A stretch of 64,000 nt of DNA from Mesorhizobium sp. (GTDB lineage: Bacteria; Pseudomonadota; Alphaproteobacteria; Rhizobiales; Rhizobiaceae), in NCBI GenBank assembly GCA_036742015.1, contig DAINRF010000005.1:35627-99626 (forward strand), read 5' to 3'. Positions 35,632 through 45,157 of this stretch are shown in pieces (the stretch's first letter is position 1; every line of letters begins with the position of its first letter). The position numbers and the translations under genes are program-made. Under the pieces are notes generated by a model that was not told the origin of the DNA, ran no database searches, and worked only from the letters and a program-made list of their open reading frames with translations.

Positions 35632-37094
35632 TGTTCCTCACCGGAGGCGGAAAAACTTGCATTGACGCCAGGAGGCGGAGAGAATCCAAAGTCGCCACGC
35701 GCAATGATCTGATCTGCGCCACCGAGCTCCTCGATCCTTCGCTTCTGATCCGCCACGGCCCTTTCGTGAGTGGCTGCCGGATCAAGCCTGGAGAACAATT
35801 TTGCGCGTAACTGTTCGACTATCTCGCCATAGCCTTGGATCCCGGTCAGGTCGACCAGTTCTTCAGGATCGTCCTCGAGGTTGAAAAGCTGGGGAGCGTA
35901 GTCTTGATAGTAGACATATTTCCAGGGGCCATCGCGCAGCATGAATGCCGCCTTTCGCGAGCCGGTGGCGTGATATTCCGAAACGATCGCGGCAGGCCCG
36001 TCACTCAGCAAGTCGTTCTCGCCGAACCCGCCGCCGTCGCACCCTGTCGAAGTCAGGATGAAACGCGAAAGGTCGATGAGCGAACGCGGATTGTCGTTCA
36101 CTACACCATTTGCAACCCCTGGACCCGCAATGATCAGCGGCACGGCGACGGATTCCTCATACATCGTCGATTTGCCCCAAAGACCACGGGTACCGAGATT
36201 GTCGCCGTGGTCGCTCGTATACACGATGCGGGTGTCGGTGGTCAGACCGGCGTCGCGGACTGCGTCTAGAATATGGCCGACCTGATCATCGATAAACGTA
36301 CAAAGTCCGTAATAGCCGGCAAGCGCGCGACGAACTTCCGCCGCCGATCTGAAATAGGTGTCATAGGCAAAAGCGCTGCGATAGTCCTTTAGAAACGGAT
36401 GGTCTGGGCGATCTGCCGCTTGGTAGAGTTTGGGCATGGGCAACGTGTCGCGATCATACATGTAGTAGTATTCCGGCGGCGCAGTCAGCGGGAAATGGGG
36501 CGATACGAAAGAGACGAAAAGCACCCACGGTTTGCCGCGCAGATTCGGTGCGGTTTCGCGCAGAAATATCTGAGCGCGCGCCGAAATATCCCTGTCATAT
36601 CGCGTGTAATTTGACTCGCCAGGGCCAGCGAGATCGGCCATCTTCTTGGCTGCGCCGCGTTCAATGTCGCGATCGCGGATCAAACCCAGAGCATCCCCAA
36701 TCCCGTCGACGATGTTCATCGGGATCTCGCTTTGTGAGAAGCCATTGTCGTCGTCCGCTCCGCCGCGGAAGTGCAGCTTGCCAATCGAACGAACGTGATG
36801 GCCGGCATTCCTTAGCCGGTGATGCCAGCTCTCAACCTCGCCGGTATAGGCATGGGCATTGTCCCACGCAGAAATCTGATATACTGGCTTTCCGGTTGCA
36901 AAACTTGCTCGCGCCGGAACACAAATCGGCGATGGTGTGTAAGCGCTTGTGAAGCGGACCCCTGTTGCGGCTAAATGATCGATATTGGGCGTGCGAACAA
37001 ATTTGTTCCCATAGGCACCAATCGCCTTGCTGGAATGTTCGTCAGCCATGATCACGATGAGATTTTTCGCGTCCATGCGTATTTGGCGGGTCAT
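35628..37094 (-). CDS. Cys-type sulfatase family hydrolase (choline-sulfatase / phosphonate-monoester-hydrolase clade)
   Basis: IVIMADEHS, SPICVPARASFATG (C-x-P-x-R formylglycine motif), GKLHF, TSDHGDNLG. No signal peptide. An alternative ATG lies at 37076. Confidence 0.85.
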   Translation of the reverse strand: MTRQIRMDAKNLIVIMADEHSSKAIGAYGNKFVRTPNIDHLAATGVRFTSAYTPSPICVPARASFATGKPVYQISAWDNAHAYTGEVESWHHRLRNAGHHVRSIGKLHFRGGADDDNGFSQSEIPMNIVDGIGDALGLIRDRDIERGAAKKMADLAGPGESNYTRYDRDISARAQIFLRETAPNLRGKPWVLFVSFVSPHFPLTAPPEYYYMYDRDTLPMPKLYQAADRPDHPFLKDYRSAFAYDTYFRSAAEVRRALAGYYGLCTFIDDQVGHILDAVRDAGLTTDTRIVYTSDHGDNLGTRGLWGKSTMYEESVAVPLIIAGPGVANGVVNDNPRSLIDLSRFILTSTGCDGGGFGENDLLSDGPAAIVSEYHATGSRKAAFMLRDGPWKYVYYQDYAPQLFNLEDDPEELVDLTGIQGYGEIVEQLRAKLFSRLDPAATHERAVADQKRRIEELGGADQIIARGDFGFSPPPGVNASFSASGEEQ

Positions 37095-37300
37095 CGACCC
37101 GGCGTCTCCGGTTGTGTTGCCAGGTCAAACGACCGTCGCCCGGTCGTGCAAAGACGCGACCCGGTGAAGCGCCAAGACCTGTTGAGGCATCGTCGGGTTT
37201 TGCCAGACGCTTGCGTTGCAACTGTTTGGTAGTCTCATTTCGGAGGTAATTGATGCGGATACATACTTCCAATATTTTTTAGGGCGACTAATAATCTCGA

Positions 37301-37312
37301 ATTGATCTCAAT
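37301..37312. promoter_or_regulatory. palindrome ATTGATCTCAAT in the AT-rich sulfatase/LysR divergent region (candidate LysR site)
   Basis: Read directly. A second ATTGAT lies at 37248-37253, and GGCGAC is repeated at 37283 and 37315. Confidence 0.3.
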
Positions 37313-37378
37313 AAGGCGACAGCAGTCCGGGGAGCAGTCGATCTGCCTATGCACGACCCCGCGCAAGGAGCAGTTGCG

Positions 37379-38281
37379 ATGGAAATGCACCAGCTTCGTT
37401 ACTTTGTAGCTGTAGCAGAAGAACTTCATTTTGGTCGTGCAGCGCGGCGTGAAAATGTTTCGCAGCCTCCATTGAGCCTTCAAATAAAGAAGCTCGAAGA
37501 AGAACTGGATGTTCTATTGTTGGAGCGCACGCGCAGACGGGTCGCCTTGACTGAAGCGGGAGCGGCGTTCCTCATAGAAGCAAGAAAGATCCTTGCGACA
37601 TGCGAGCAAGCCCGTCACGTTGCACGCAGCGCCAATCGAGGCGAAATCGGCGAGGTAACCATTGGCTTCGTACATTCGGCCTCAATCGGCTATTTGCCGA
37701 ACTTGTTGGGGCCGTTCCGAAAATCTCTCCCCGATGTCATCGTTAACCTGCGCGAGATGACTGTCAGTGAGCAGCTGCTTGCACTTAGAAAGGGCGAAAT
37801 TGATGTCGGCATCGTTCGCCCGCCAATCGAAGAAACCGGCATTGCCAGTTTCACCGTTTTGGATGAGGCTTTCTATCTGGTCATTCCGTCCTCCCATGCA
37901 TTTGCGGCGAGGAAGTCGGTGGCGATCGATGAACTGGCCGATCAGGATTTCGTGTTCTACCCGAAACATAGATCGCCAGCCTTCTATCGTCAGCTTACCA
38001 AACTTTGCTTCAATGCCGGCTTCATGCCAAAGATCGCAGTCGAGGCGAACACCATATATACGGCGATCGGACTGGTCGGCGCCGGCGCAGGCGTTGCGAT
38101 CATTCCTGAAAGTGTAATCTGCGTTCAAAGCGCCTCGGTTCGATACCTGCTTCTCGAGGGACACTCAGAGCGCGCCAGACTATCAATGGCGTACATTCCC
38201 TCGAACCTGTCTCGCTGCGCCGCGCAATTGGTCGAATTCGAACAGTCGTCCGGCCCTGGTTCGCCGACGAGGTCCACCTGA
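37379..38281 (+). CDS. LysR family transcriptional regulator
   Basis: MEMHQLRYFVAVAEELHFGRAARRENVSQPPLSLQIKKLEEEL HTH plus a LysR substrate-binding domain. Divergent from the sulfatase operon. Confidence 0.9.
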   Translation: MEMHQLRYFVAVAEELHFGRAARRENVSQPPLSLQIKKLEEELDVLLLERTRRRVALTEAGAAFLIEARKILATCEQARHVARSANRGEIGEVTIGFVHSASIGYLPNLLGPFRKSLPDVIVNLREMTVSEQLLALRKGEIDVGIVRPPIEETGIASFTVLDEAFYLVIPSSHAFAARKSVAIDELADQDFVFYPKHRSPAFYRQLTKLCFNAGFMPKIAVEANTIYTAIGLVGAGAGVAIIPESVICVQSASVRYLLLEGHSERARLSMAYIPSNLSRCAAQLVEFEQSSGPGSPTRST

Positions 38282-38341
38282 TGCCGAGGCCGCTCGCAGC
38301 ACGGTGAAACAGAGCGTTTCCATGTTTGCCAGAATAGCTCC

Positions 38342-38890
38342 ATGTTGATCAGGGGCCGAACCGACACGTTTCTGCATCTTCTGGCGATTGCGCAGGAATC
38401 TGGCGTGGACTTCACCTTCGACGATTTCGACCGGATCAGCCGCGAAATTCCCTGCCGGTGCAAGGTCTCACCATCGGCCCACTGGGTGCTCGCGGAGGAC
38501 ATGCATGGCACAGGGGACGCCATCGATGTGGTGATCGAAGCCGCGGAGCGGGCCGACAAGGACCCCGAATACACCAGCCTCGACGATGCTCCGAGCTGGG
38601 TGATTGTCCCGGAACATCACATCGACAATAGGCGAATGGGGGGCTGTTCGCGAAGATCAAGCCACCGAGCAAGTTGCAACGTGCCAATCCTGCAGCGGCG
38701 AGCCTTTGGTCCATTCCCAGCACTGACCGGCCTTGACCCGGCACCATACCTAAGGCTTCCACATCAAGCCATCAACCGCCGGCATCGGCGTATTGTTATT
38801 GATCATCTTGCGGCGCTGGATGTGGACCCAGGTCCTGACGGTGCTGTCAGTGACGACTATGTCTTTGACCGTGAGGCCGGATGTCGATGA
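38342..38890 (+). pseudogene. IlvD/Edd-family dehydratase remnant (lacks about the N-terminal half, degenerate and frameshifted 3' part)
   Basis: RGRTDTFLHLLAIAQESGVDFTFDDFDRISREIP...KVSPS...EDMHGTGD parallels the GGSTN.VLHLLAIA.EAGV.L.LDDFD.IS..VP...KPSG...EDLH.AGG block of dihydroxy-acid/6-phosphogluconate dehydratases. Downstream similarity is weak. Confidence 0.55.
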
Positions 38891-39023
38891 GAGGCTCGGC
38901 AGAGGAGCGTATTTGGCCTGATGGCACCCAGGACGACCGGTAGACGGGCGACACAGAAACAATGAGCGATGCTGGCCATTTTCCAACCTGCAAGGGCTTA
39001 CACCCCATCCAAGCTGCCGCCGG

Positions 39024-40214
39024 CTAGGAAACCAGGGTGCTTCGGATTGCCTTGATGGCCGCAAGTGCAGCCAACGACCGCTCGGTCGAGACGAATTCGG
39101 GCCAACTCGACAGGATGACCGCTGCGAAATCTGTCGCGGGATCGATGTAAATCATCTGACCGAAAACACCGCGGGCCATATAGGCAGCGCTGTTGCCACC
39201 CTCGATCCAGAACTGATTGTGATAGGCGCCGTTCGGCAGCACATCATGATAGATGCCGCCGAACAGCGTAGGCTGCGCGCCTGTGGTGATCTCGTCAATC
39301 CACGCCGATGGAACCACTCGCTTGCCGTTGATCTCGCCGCGACGCAAGTGCATCAGCGCAAAACGACCATAGTCTTGTAGCGTCGCATTGAAGCCGCCGT
39401 CGCCGAGCGCGTATCCGGCGGAATCAACGGTGAAGCAGGCGTCTTCGCCTGCCCCCATCGGCGCCCAGAGCTCACGGCTCACGAGTTCGGCAAGAGGCGT
39501 CGCAGTGGCGCTCTGAAGCACGAATGACAGGATATCGGTTTCGATTGACCGGTATCGAAACGAGGCGCCGTGACCGCATTCGGCCTGCTTGAGGGTCAGG
39601 ATCAGTTCCCAGACTGACGCCGGCCAAGCCTGATCTCTCCTTTCCTTCCAGCCGGAAGCGGCGTCAATCATCGCCATGTGCGAGTCAATGGCGGCGTAGG
39701 TTTCGTCGAAAACAACGCCGCTGGTCATGTCGAGAACATGCTGCACCGTCGCGCCGCGATAGGCTGTTGCATGAAGATCCGGCAGATAGTGTGTGACCGG
39801 TGCGTCCGGGTCGACAATGCCGCGGCCTATGAGGATGCCAGCCACGGTGCCAACGACAGACTTCGCCACCGATTGAGACAGGTGCAAGGTCTGCGGAGTC
39901 ATACCGTTCTGATAGCGCTCGGCAATGACATTGCCGCCATGCAGGACAAGCAGGCCGTCGTTGAAACTTGAATCCAGAAAGCCGGCAATCGTTTCGCGTT
40001 TTCCATTGTGATCATAGCTGATCTCGTCAATGTGGCGATGCGCAACCGGCAGCGGGCTGGCCGGCCCCGGACCGCGCCAGACCTGCGCGGTCGGCACCAA
40101 TTCGCGCACATGCTGAAAAGTCCAGCGATTCCATGGCGCTCGATCCCAGTCCTGGCGGGGAATGATCGGCGCGCCGGGCCTCAACGGATCGCGAAATGGA
40201 TAGGCGTCGGTCAT
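39024..40214 (-). CDS. beta-lactamase-fold serine hydrolase (6-aminohexanoate-dimer-hydrolase-like family)
   Basis: S-x-x-K motif in LSQSVAKSVVG. N-terminal WNRWTFQHVRE segment typical of this hydrolase family; 396 aa. Confidence 0.8.
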   Translation of the reverse strand: MTDAYPFRDPLRPGAPIIPRQDWDRAPWNRWTFQHVRELVPTAQVWRGPGPASPLPVAHRHIDEISYDHNGKRETIAGFLDSSFNDGLLVLHGGNVIAERYQNGMTPQTLHLSQSVAKSVVGTVAGILIGRGIVDPDAPVTHYLPDLHATAYRGATVQHVLDMTSGVVFDETYAAIDSHMAMIDAASGWKERRDQAWPASVWELILTLKQAECGHGASFRYRSIETDILSFVLQSATATPLAELVSRELWAPMGAGEDACFTVDSAGYALGDGGFNATLQDYGRFALMHLRRGEINGKRVVPSAWIDEITTGAQPTLFGGIYHDVLPNGAYHNQFWIEGGNSAAYMARGVFGQMIYIDPATDFAAVILSSWPEFVSTERSLAALAAIKAIRSTLVS

Positions 40215-40247
40215 GGGTTGCAGTCTTCCGGTGGATTGCAGCGCAGG

Positions 40248-41168
40248 TCAGTCCTTGCGGCGAAGGTAGGATCCGCCAACAAACTCTCCGAGCAGCGTGG
40301 CCATGTCGCTCATCTTCGAAAAATTGTCCCTGGCCCTGGGACCAAGCCTCGTCGCCACCGCATCAATCATCAGATTGAGAACAACGCTGATCCCTGCGGT
40401 CGAGTCCCAGAACGTGCGCACATGGGTGTGGGTTTCGAAGACTAAGCGGGTATATGAGAATGCCCAATGGCTGAACTTATCGGTGACAATGATCAGCGGC
40501 ATGTTCAGTTCTTTCAATTTTCCTGCGAGCCTCACGCCGCGCACCGCATAGGCGGCGGTATCAACCAGCACCACCACGCTATTTTCGGGATCAGCTGTGA
40601 CGATTTCACCAAAAGTCCCGCTCGCATTGTCGATGAAAACGACATTGGGCCGCGCCCAGAGCAACCGGCTGGCGAAATCGAGCGCCAGGCCTTTTGACGC
40701 CTGGAAGCCCACGACATAGACCATGTGCGCTTCAGCAAGTGTCATCGCCGCTTCGCCCCACAACTCGGTCGCGGTCAGTTCATAAGCCTTCACCACCGCT
40801 TCCAGATCCAGCTTCAGGCTTTCCTGAAGTGCTGAACTCTGCTCATCGCGCGTCTGGAACCGCGCCATGTAGTCGTCAACATCGCTATCCTTCTGGGCGA
40901 GCGAGTTTCTGAGTTTGCTCTTGAGGTCACGCAGGCTGTCGAATCCAAACCCACGCACAAAGCGCGTCACGGTCATTTCGCTGACACCGGCTGCCTGGGC
41001 AATGCTGGCGCCGGTCTCGAACGGAAGCATCTGGATATTGTCCAGCATATAGCCGGCGACGCTCTGCTCGGACGGCGACAGACTGTCCATCCTCGCACGC
41101 AGCATGCTGTCAAGATCGATAGTCTGGCTGTCGTCGCCCGGCGTCTTCAATTTGCGCGGCTTCGCCAC
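40248..41168 (-). CDS. MurR/RpiR family transcriptional regulator
   Basis: HTH_6 region (SIAQAAGVSEMTVTRFVRGFGF) followed by a SIS domain; 306 aa. Confidence 0.85.
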   Translation of the reverse strand: MAKPRKLKTPGDDSQTIDLDSMLRARMDSLSPSEQSVAGYMLDNIQMLPFETGASIAQAAGVSEMTVTRFVRGFGFDSLRDLKSKLRNSLAQKDSDVDDYMARFQTRDEQSSALQESLKLDLEAVVKAYELTATELWGEAAMTLAEAHMVYVVGFQASKGLALDFASRLLWARPNVVFIDNASGTFGEIVTADPENSVVVLVDTAAYAVRGVRLAGKLKELNMPLIIVTDKFSHWAFSYTRLVFETHTHVRTFWDSTAGISVVLNLMIDAVATRLGPRARDNFSKMSDMATLLGEFVGGSYLRRKD

Positions 41169-41170
41169 TT

Positions 41171-42652
41171 TCAGCTCTCCCCGGATTTGCCCGCCTCTAC
41201 CAGCTTGCCGGCATGGATCGCAGGCAAGCCCTGCCCCCAGATCCCGTTTCCGGTGTCCAACTCTGCCTCCAACTGGCGCGCGACGCCGAGCAGGACATTC
41301 TCGCGCCCGAAGGGGCCGATCAACTGGATACCCACCGGCAGACCCGTCAAACTGCGGCCGAGCGGCAGGGATATGGCCGGATGGCCGGTGGCGTTAAACA
41401 ACGCGGTAAATGTTTCCTTGGGCGCCAGATCGTCGAAGACAGCGTCTATGTCCAGATCATTCCTGTCTGGATTGAACGACCCGATCGGCTCAGGCAGCAT
41501 TGTGCTTGTCGGGGTGAGCAACAGATCATACCGGTCCAGGAATTGGCCGATCTGCCGCGTGACATGATCGTAGGCCGCCAATGCCATCATCAATTGAGCG
41601 GCGCTCAAAGACAGGCCTTCGCGGTAGAGCGCCATGACCGTCGAGCCAACGGTATGTTCATCCAGCACGCGACCCATATGTGCGGCCAACGCCGGCAATG
41701 AGGCGGCAGAGTCGGCTGCCCAAATGATCTTCTGGGCGTGCAGGAAGGCGCCGTAGTCGAAGTCTGGGGATGCGATCTCAACCCGATGACCAAATGCCTC
41801 CAGCCTTGACGCAGATGCTTCTGCCGCCGCAATGATTTCAGGGTCGACGCGCACACCGGACCAGGACCGCGTGCAGACCGCGATGCGCAGGTTCCTGGGC
41901 GGCACGTTGATTGCGCTCAGGTAGGATTGAGATGGCTGGGCAATTTCGTAGCCGTCCCCGGCATCGGGTCCCTGACAGGCGTCGAGCAGCGCTGCGGTAT
42001 CGCGGACAGATCGCGTCAGCATGAAACTGGTCGCCAGTCCGAGAAGCGGGGCGACGGCGCCGGGCGAACCGGTGACCCTGCCGCGGGATGGTTTCAACCC
42101 GATCAGGCCGCAAAACGCAGCCGGATTGCGAATTGATCCACCGCCGTCACTGCCCTGAGCAAATGGCACGATGCCAGCGGCAACAGCCGCCGCAGCGCCA
42201 CCGCTCGACCCGGAAACACCGCGACTGATGTCCCAGGGATTGCGCGTCGCACCATAAAGCAGCGTCTCGGTGGTCGCGGCGACACCGAATTCCGAACTTG
42301 TCGTGCGGCCAACATTGACCAGTCCGGCTTCACGAAGCCGGCGCCAGTAAACGGAGTCCGCGTTGGCACGGAACCCGTGCGCCAGCCGGCTGCCAAATGA
42401 AGCGAGCCGTCCAGCCTCGACCGGAAAGTCCTTGGTAAGTGTCGGAACGCCGTGGAATGGCGCCGTGAGTGCCGCTCCCGGCATTGCCTCCAGCGCGTCG
42501 GGATAAAGCTCGATGACGGCATTGATGGCCGGATTGACCCCAGCAGCCGCGTCGGAAACACAGCGGGCAAGCTCGGCATGTGTCACCTCGCCGGCTGCGA
42601 TCAAACGCGCCAGTCCGGTTCCGTCGCAGGCGGTATATTCATCAAGGCGCAT
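41171..42652 (-). CDS. amidase (amidase-signature family)
   Basis: AS signature [16 protein letters not shown]...[25 protein letters not shown]; 493 aa. Confidence 0.9.
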   Translation of the reverse strand: MRLDEYTACDGTGLARLIAAGEVTHAELARCVSDAAAGVNPAINAVIELYPDALEAMPGAALTAPFHGVPTLTKDFPVEAGRLASFGSRLAHGFRANADSVYWRRLREAGLVNVGRTTSSEFGVAATTETLLYGATRNPWDISRGVSGSSGGAAAAVAAGIVPFAQGSDGGGSIRNPAAFCGLIGLKPSRGRVTGSPGAVAPLLGLATSFMLTRSVRDTAALLDACQGPDAGDGYEIAQPSQSYLSAINVPPRNLRIAVCTRSWSGVRVDPEIIAAAEASASRLEAFGHRVEIASPDFDYGAFLHAQKIIWAADSAASLPALAAHMGRVLDEHTVGSTVMALYREGLSLSAAQLMMALAAYDHVTRQIGQFLDRYDLLLTPTSTMLPEPIGSFNPDRNDLDIDAVFDDLAPKETFTALFNATGHPAISLPLGRSLTGLPVGIQLIGPFGRENVLLGVARQLEAELDTGNGIWGQGLPAIHAGKLVEAGKSGES

Positions 42653-44303
42653 GATTGATCCCGGTAGAAGATGGAGGTGTCGTTGCTGCCGACAGGTGGG
42701 AGAGTGATCTGACCAATTCTTGCGTGTAAGGATGCTGCGGCGACGACAGGACTTCGCTCGCTATCCCGGTCTCGACAACCCGGCCATTCTTGAAGACGTA
42801 GACCCGCTTGCAGAGACTGCTGACCACGGCCAGATCGTGCGAGATATAAAGCAGCGCCAGCGCCCGCTCCTGCTGGAGCCGGACCAGAAGTTCCAGAATC
42901 TGGGCCTGTGTTGTGACGTCGAGTGCCGAGGTGATTTCGTCGGCGATGAGCAATTCGGGCTTGAGCGCAATAGCGCGGGCAAGTCCGACACGCTGGCACT
43001 GGCCACCCGAAAGTTGGCGCGGCCTGCGGTCATGCAGCGCTGCTGGCAATTCCATCATTTCAAGAAGCTCATGCGCTTCCTTCAGAGCTGCCGGCTTGCC
43101 GGCAAGGCCATGACGCCAGATCGGCTCGGCGACCGCATCCACAATCGTCATGCGCGGGTTGAGCGAGTCATAAGGGTTCTGAAACACCATCTGGACACGC
43201 CGCCGAAAGCGATCCAGCGCTTCTCCGGACAACGCCGTGATATCGTCATCGCCCAAACGCAACGCCCCTCCGCTGACCTGGTTTTGCCGGACGATTGCGC
43301 GTGCCAGCGTCGATTTTCCGGAACCGCTTTCGCCAACGATGCCAACCGTCTCGCCAGCGCCGACATGAATGTCGACCCCGTCAAGCGCACGAAACCGAAG
43401 TGTGCTGCCAAATAAGCCGGTCGATGGCCCTTGCCGCATTGGAAACGTTACCGAGACATTGTCGGCGCGCAACAGCGGTGCGGGTTGTGAAACCGGGTCT
43501 GCCGAAGGCAGGACCTTTCTGCCAGGCTGCGAGTCGATCAACAGCTGCGTGTAGGCATGCCGCGGCCGGTTGATCACCTCGTCGACAGGTCCATGTTCGA
43601 CGATTTCCCCGTTGCGCATGACCAATACCCGGGAACAGACGTGGGCAATGGCGCCAAGGTCGTGCGAGATCAGGATGATGGCAAGGCCCCGCTCGCGATT
43701 CAGATCCTGCAACAAACTCAGAATGCGCGCCTGAACGGTGACGTCGAGCGCCGTCGTCGGCTCGTCTGCGATCAACAATTTTGGCTCGCAGCCAATTGCG
43801 GCGGCGATCATCGCGCGCTGCTTCATGCCGCCGGAGAATTCGTGTGGATAGGAGCGCACACGCTTTTCAGGCTCGCGAATGCCGACTGCCTCGAGCAGGG
43901 CCACTGCGCGCCGCGCACCTTCCCTGCGGCTAATGCCGAGATGACGGATCATTGGCGCTGCGATCTGCGTGCCGATCCGGCGCAGCGGATCAAGATGTGA
44001 TGCGGGGTTCTGAAAGATCATGCCCACATCGTGGCCGCGCAAGGACTGCCAGTCGCCATCTGACAGGCCGATCAGTTCCCGGCCATCGAACCTGACGCTG
44101 CCAGCTGACTTTGCCGCGCCGGGCAAAAGTCCCAGCAGCGCCCTGCAGGTGACCGATTTGCCCGATCCACTTTCGCCGACAATACCAAGGATTTCGCCGG
44201 GCTGTAGATCGAATGTCACGCCTTTTACTGCGGTGACGGCGCCGAACGAGACCGACAGGTTTTCAACCCGCAGTAAGGGTGAGGCATTTGCCATTCTTGT
44301 CAT
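42642..44303 (-). CDS. fused dipeptide/oligopeptide-type ABC transporter ATP-binding protein (two ATPase domains)
   Basis: Two Walker A copies (GESGSGKS twice) and two signature motifs (FSGGMKQR, LSGGQCQR). ATG 44303 overlaps the upstream stop (ATGA). Confidence 0.9.
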   Translation of the reverse strand: MTRMANASPLLRVENLSVSFGAVTAVKGVTFDLQPGEILGIVGESGSGKSVTCRALLGLLPGAAKSAGSVRFDGRELIGLSDGDWQSLRGHDVGMIFQNPASHLDPLRRIGTQIAAPMIRHLGISRREGARRAVALLEAVGIREPEKRVRSYPHEFSGGMKQRAMIAAAIGCEPKLLIADEPTTALDVTVQARILSLLQDLNRERGLAIILISHDLGAIAHVCSRVLVMRNGEIVEHGPVDEVINRPRHAYTQLLIDSQPGRKVLPSADPVSQPAPLLRADNVSVTFPMRQGPSTGLFGSTLRFRALDGVDIHVGAGETVGIVGESGSGKSTLARAIVRQNQVSGGALRLGDDDITALSGEALDRFRRRVQMVFQNPYDSLNPRMTIVDAVAEPIWRHGLAGKPAALKEAHELLEMMELPAALHDRRPRQLSGGQCQRVGLARAIALKPELLIADEITSALDVTTQAQILELLVRLQQERALALLYISHDLAVVSSLCKRVYVFKNGRVVETGIASEVLSSPQHPYTQELVRSLSHLSAATTPPSSTGINHAP

Positions 44304-45148
44304 GCTGTCACCTGCCGACGCTGCATCTGCCCCAGCCCGTCGCCGAGAAACGCAAGGCCGACTCCGAGCGACACGATCGCCAGGCCGGGAAACAGGCAGA
44401 TCCACCACGCCTGCTGCACAAAGGCTTGACCATCAGCGATCATGACGCCCCATTCGGCATTCGGCGGCTGCGCTCCCATTCCGAGGAAACCAAAGCTTGC
44501 TCCTGCCAGCATGACCAGCACAGCGTCGCTGACCGCATAGGCGATGACCGGACCGATAGCGTTGGGAAGGACATGGCGTGTCAGGATAACCGACGGCGAA
44601 TAGCCAAGGCACTGTGCGGCCTGAACATATTCGCTTTCGCGGATCGTCAGCACTTCAGCTCTCACGAGGCGCGCGTAGCTGACCCAGCCGACCAGCGTTA
44701 GAGCAATGACAAAGTTGACGAGGCCGGGCCCCAGGACGCCGACGATCGCCAACACGAGCACGAAAAATGGAAAGGCGACAAAAAGGTCATAGACCCGCAT
44801 GAAGATTGTGTCGACGATACCGCCGAAATAGCCGCTGGCCAGACCGACAGCCGTGCCGATCAGCAGCGGCGGGATGACGCCAACAAGACACAGAAAGACA
44901 TCGATCCGCGAGGCAAACAACACACGCGAAAAGATGTCGCGACCGACCTGATCGGTGCCAAACCAATGGTCGGCGCTTGGCGGCGCCATCATGTTGAGGA
45001 TGTCGACCGCATTTGGATCGTATGGTGCGATGTAAGGCGCAGTCACCGCAACGACGATCCAGCCAATCAGAATGACAATCGCGATGGCCATCGACAGGCT
45101 GACGCGGGCTCGGCCAGGAGACGCAGAAACGGATGCAACGTTTGCCAT
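44300..45148 (-). CDS. peptide-type ABC transporter permease (DppC/OppC-like)
   Basis: 282-aa polytopic protein with an N-terminal HWFGTDQVGRDIFSR motif and EAA loop (ESEYVQAAQCLGYS). Confidence 0.9.
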   Translation of the reverse strand: MANVASVSASPGRARVSLSMAIAIVILIGWIVVAVTAPYIAPYDPNAVDILNMMAPPSADHWFGTDQVGRDIFSRVLFASRIDVFLCLVGVIPPLLIGTAVGLASGYFGGIVDTIFMRVYDLFVAFPFFVLVLAIVGVLGPGLVNFVIALTLVGWVSYARLVRAEVLTIRESEYVQAAQCLGYSPSVILTRHVLPNAIGPVIAYAVSDAVLVMLAGASFGFLGMGAQPPNAEWGVMIADGQAFVQQAWWICLFPGLAIVSLGVGLAFLGDGLGQMQRRQVTA

Positions 45149-45157
45149 GTCGCCCTC

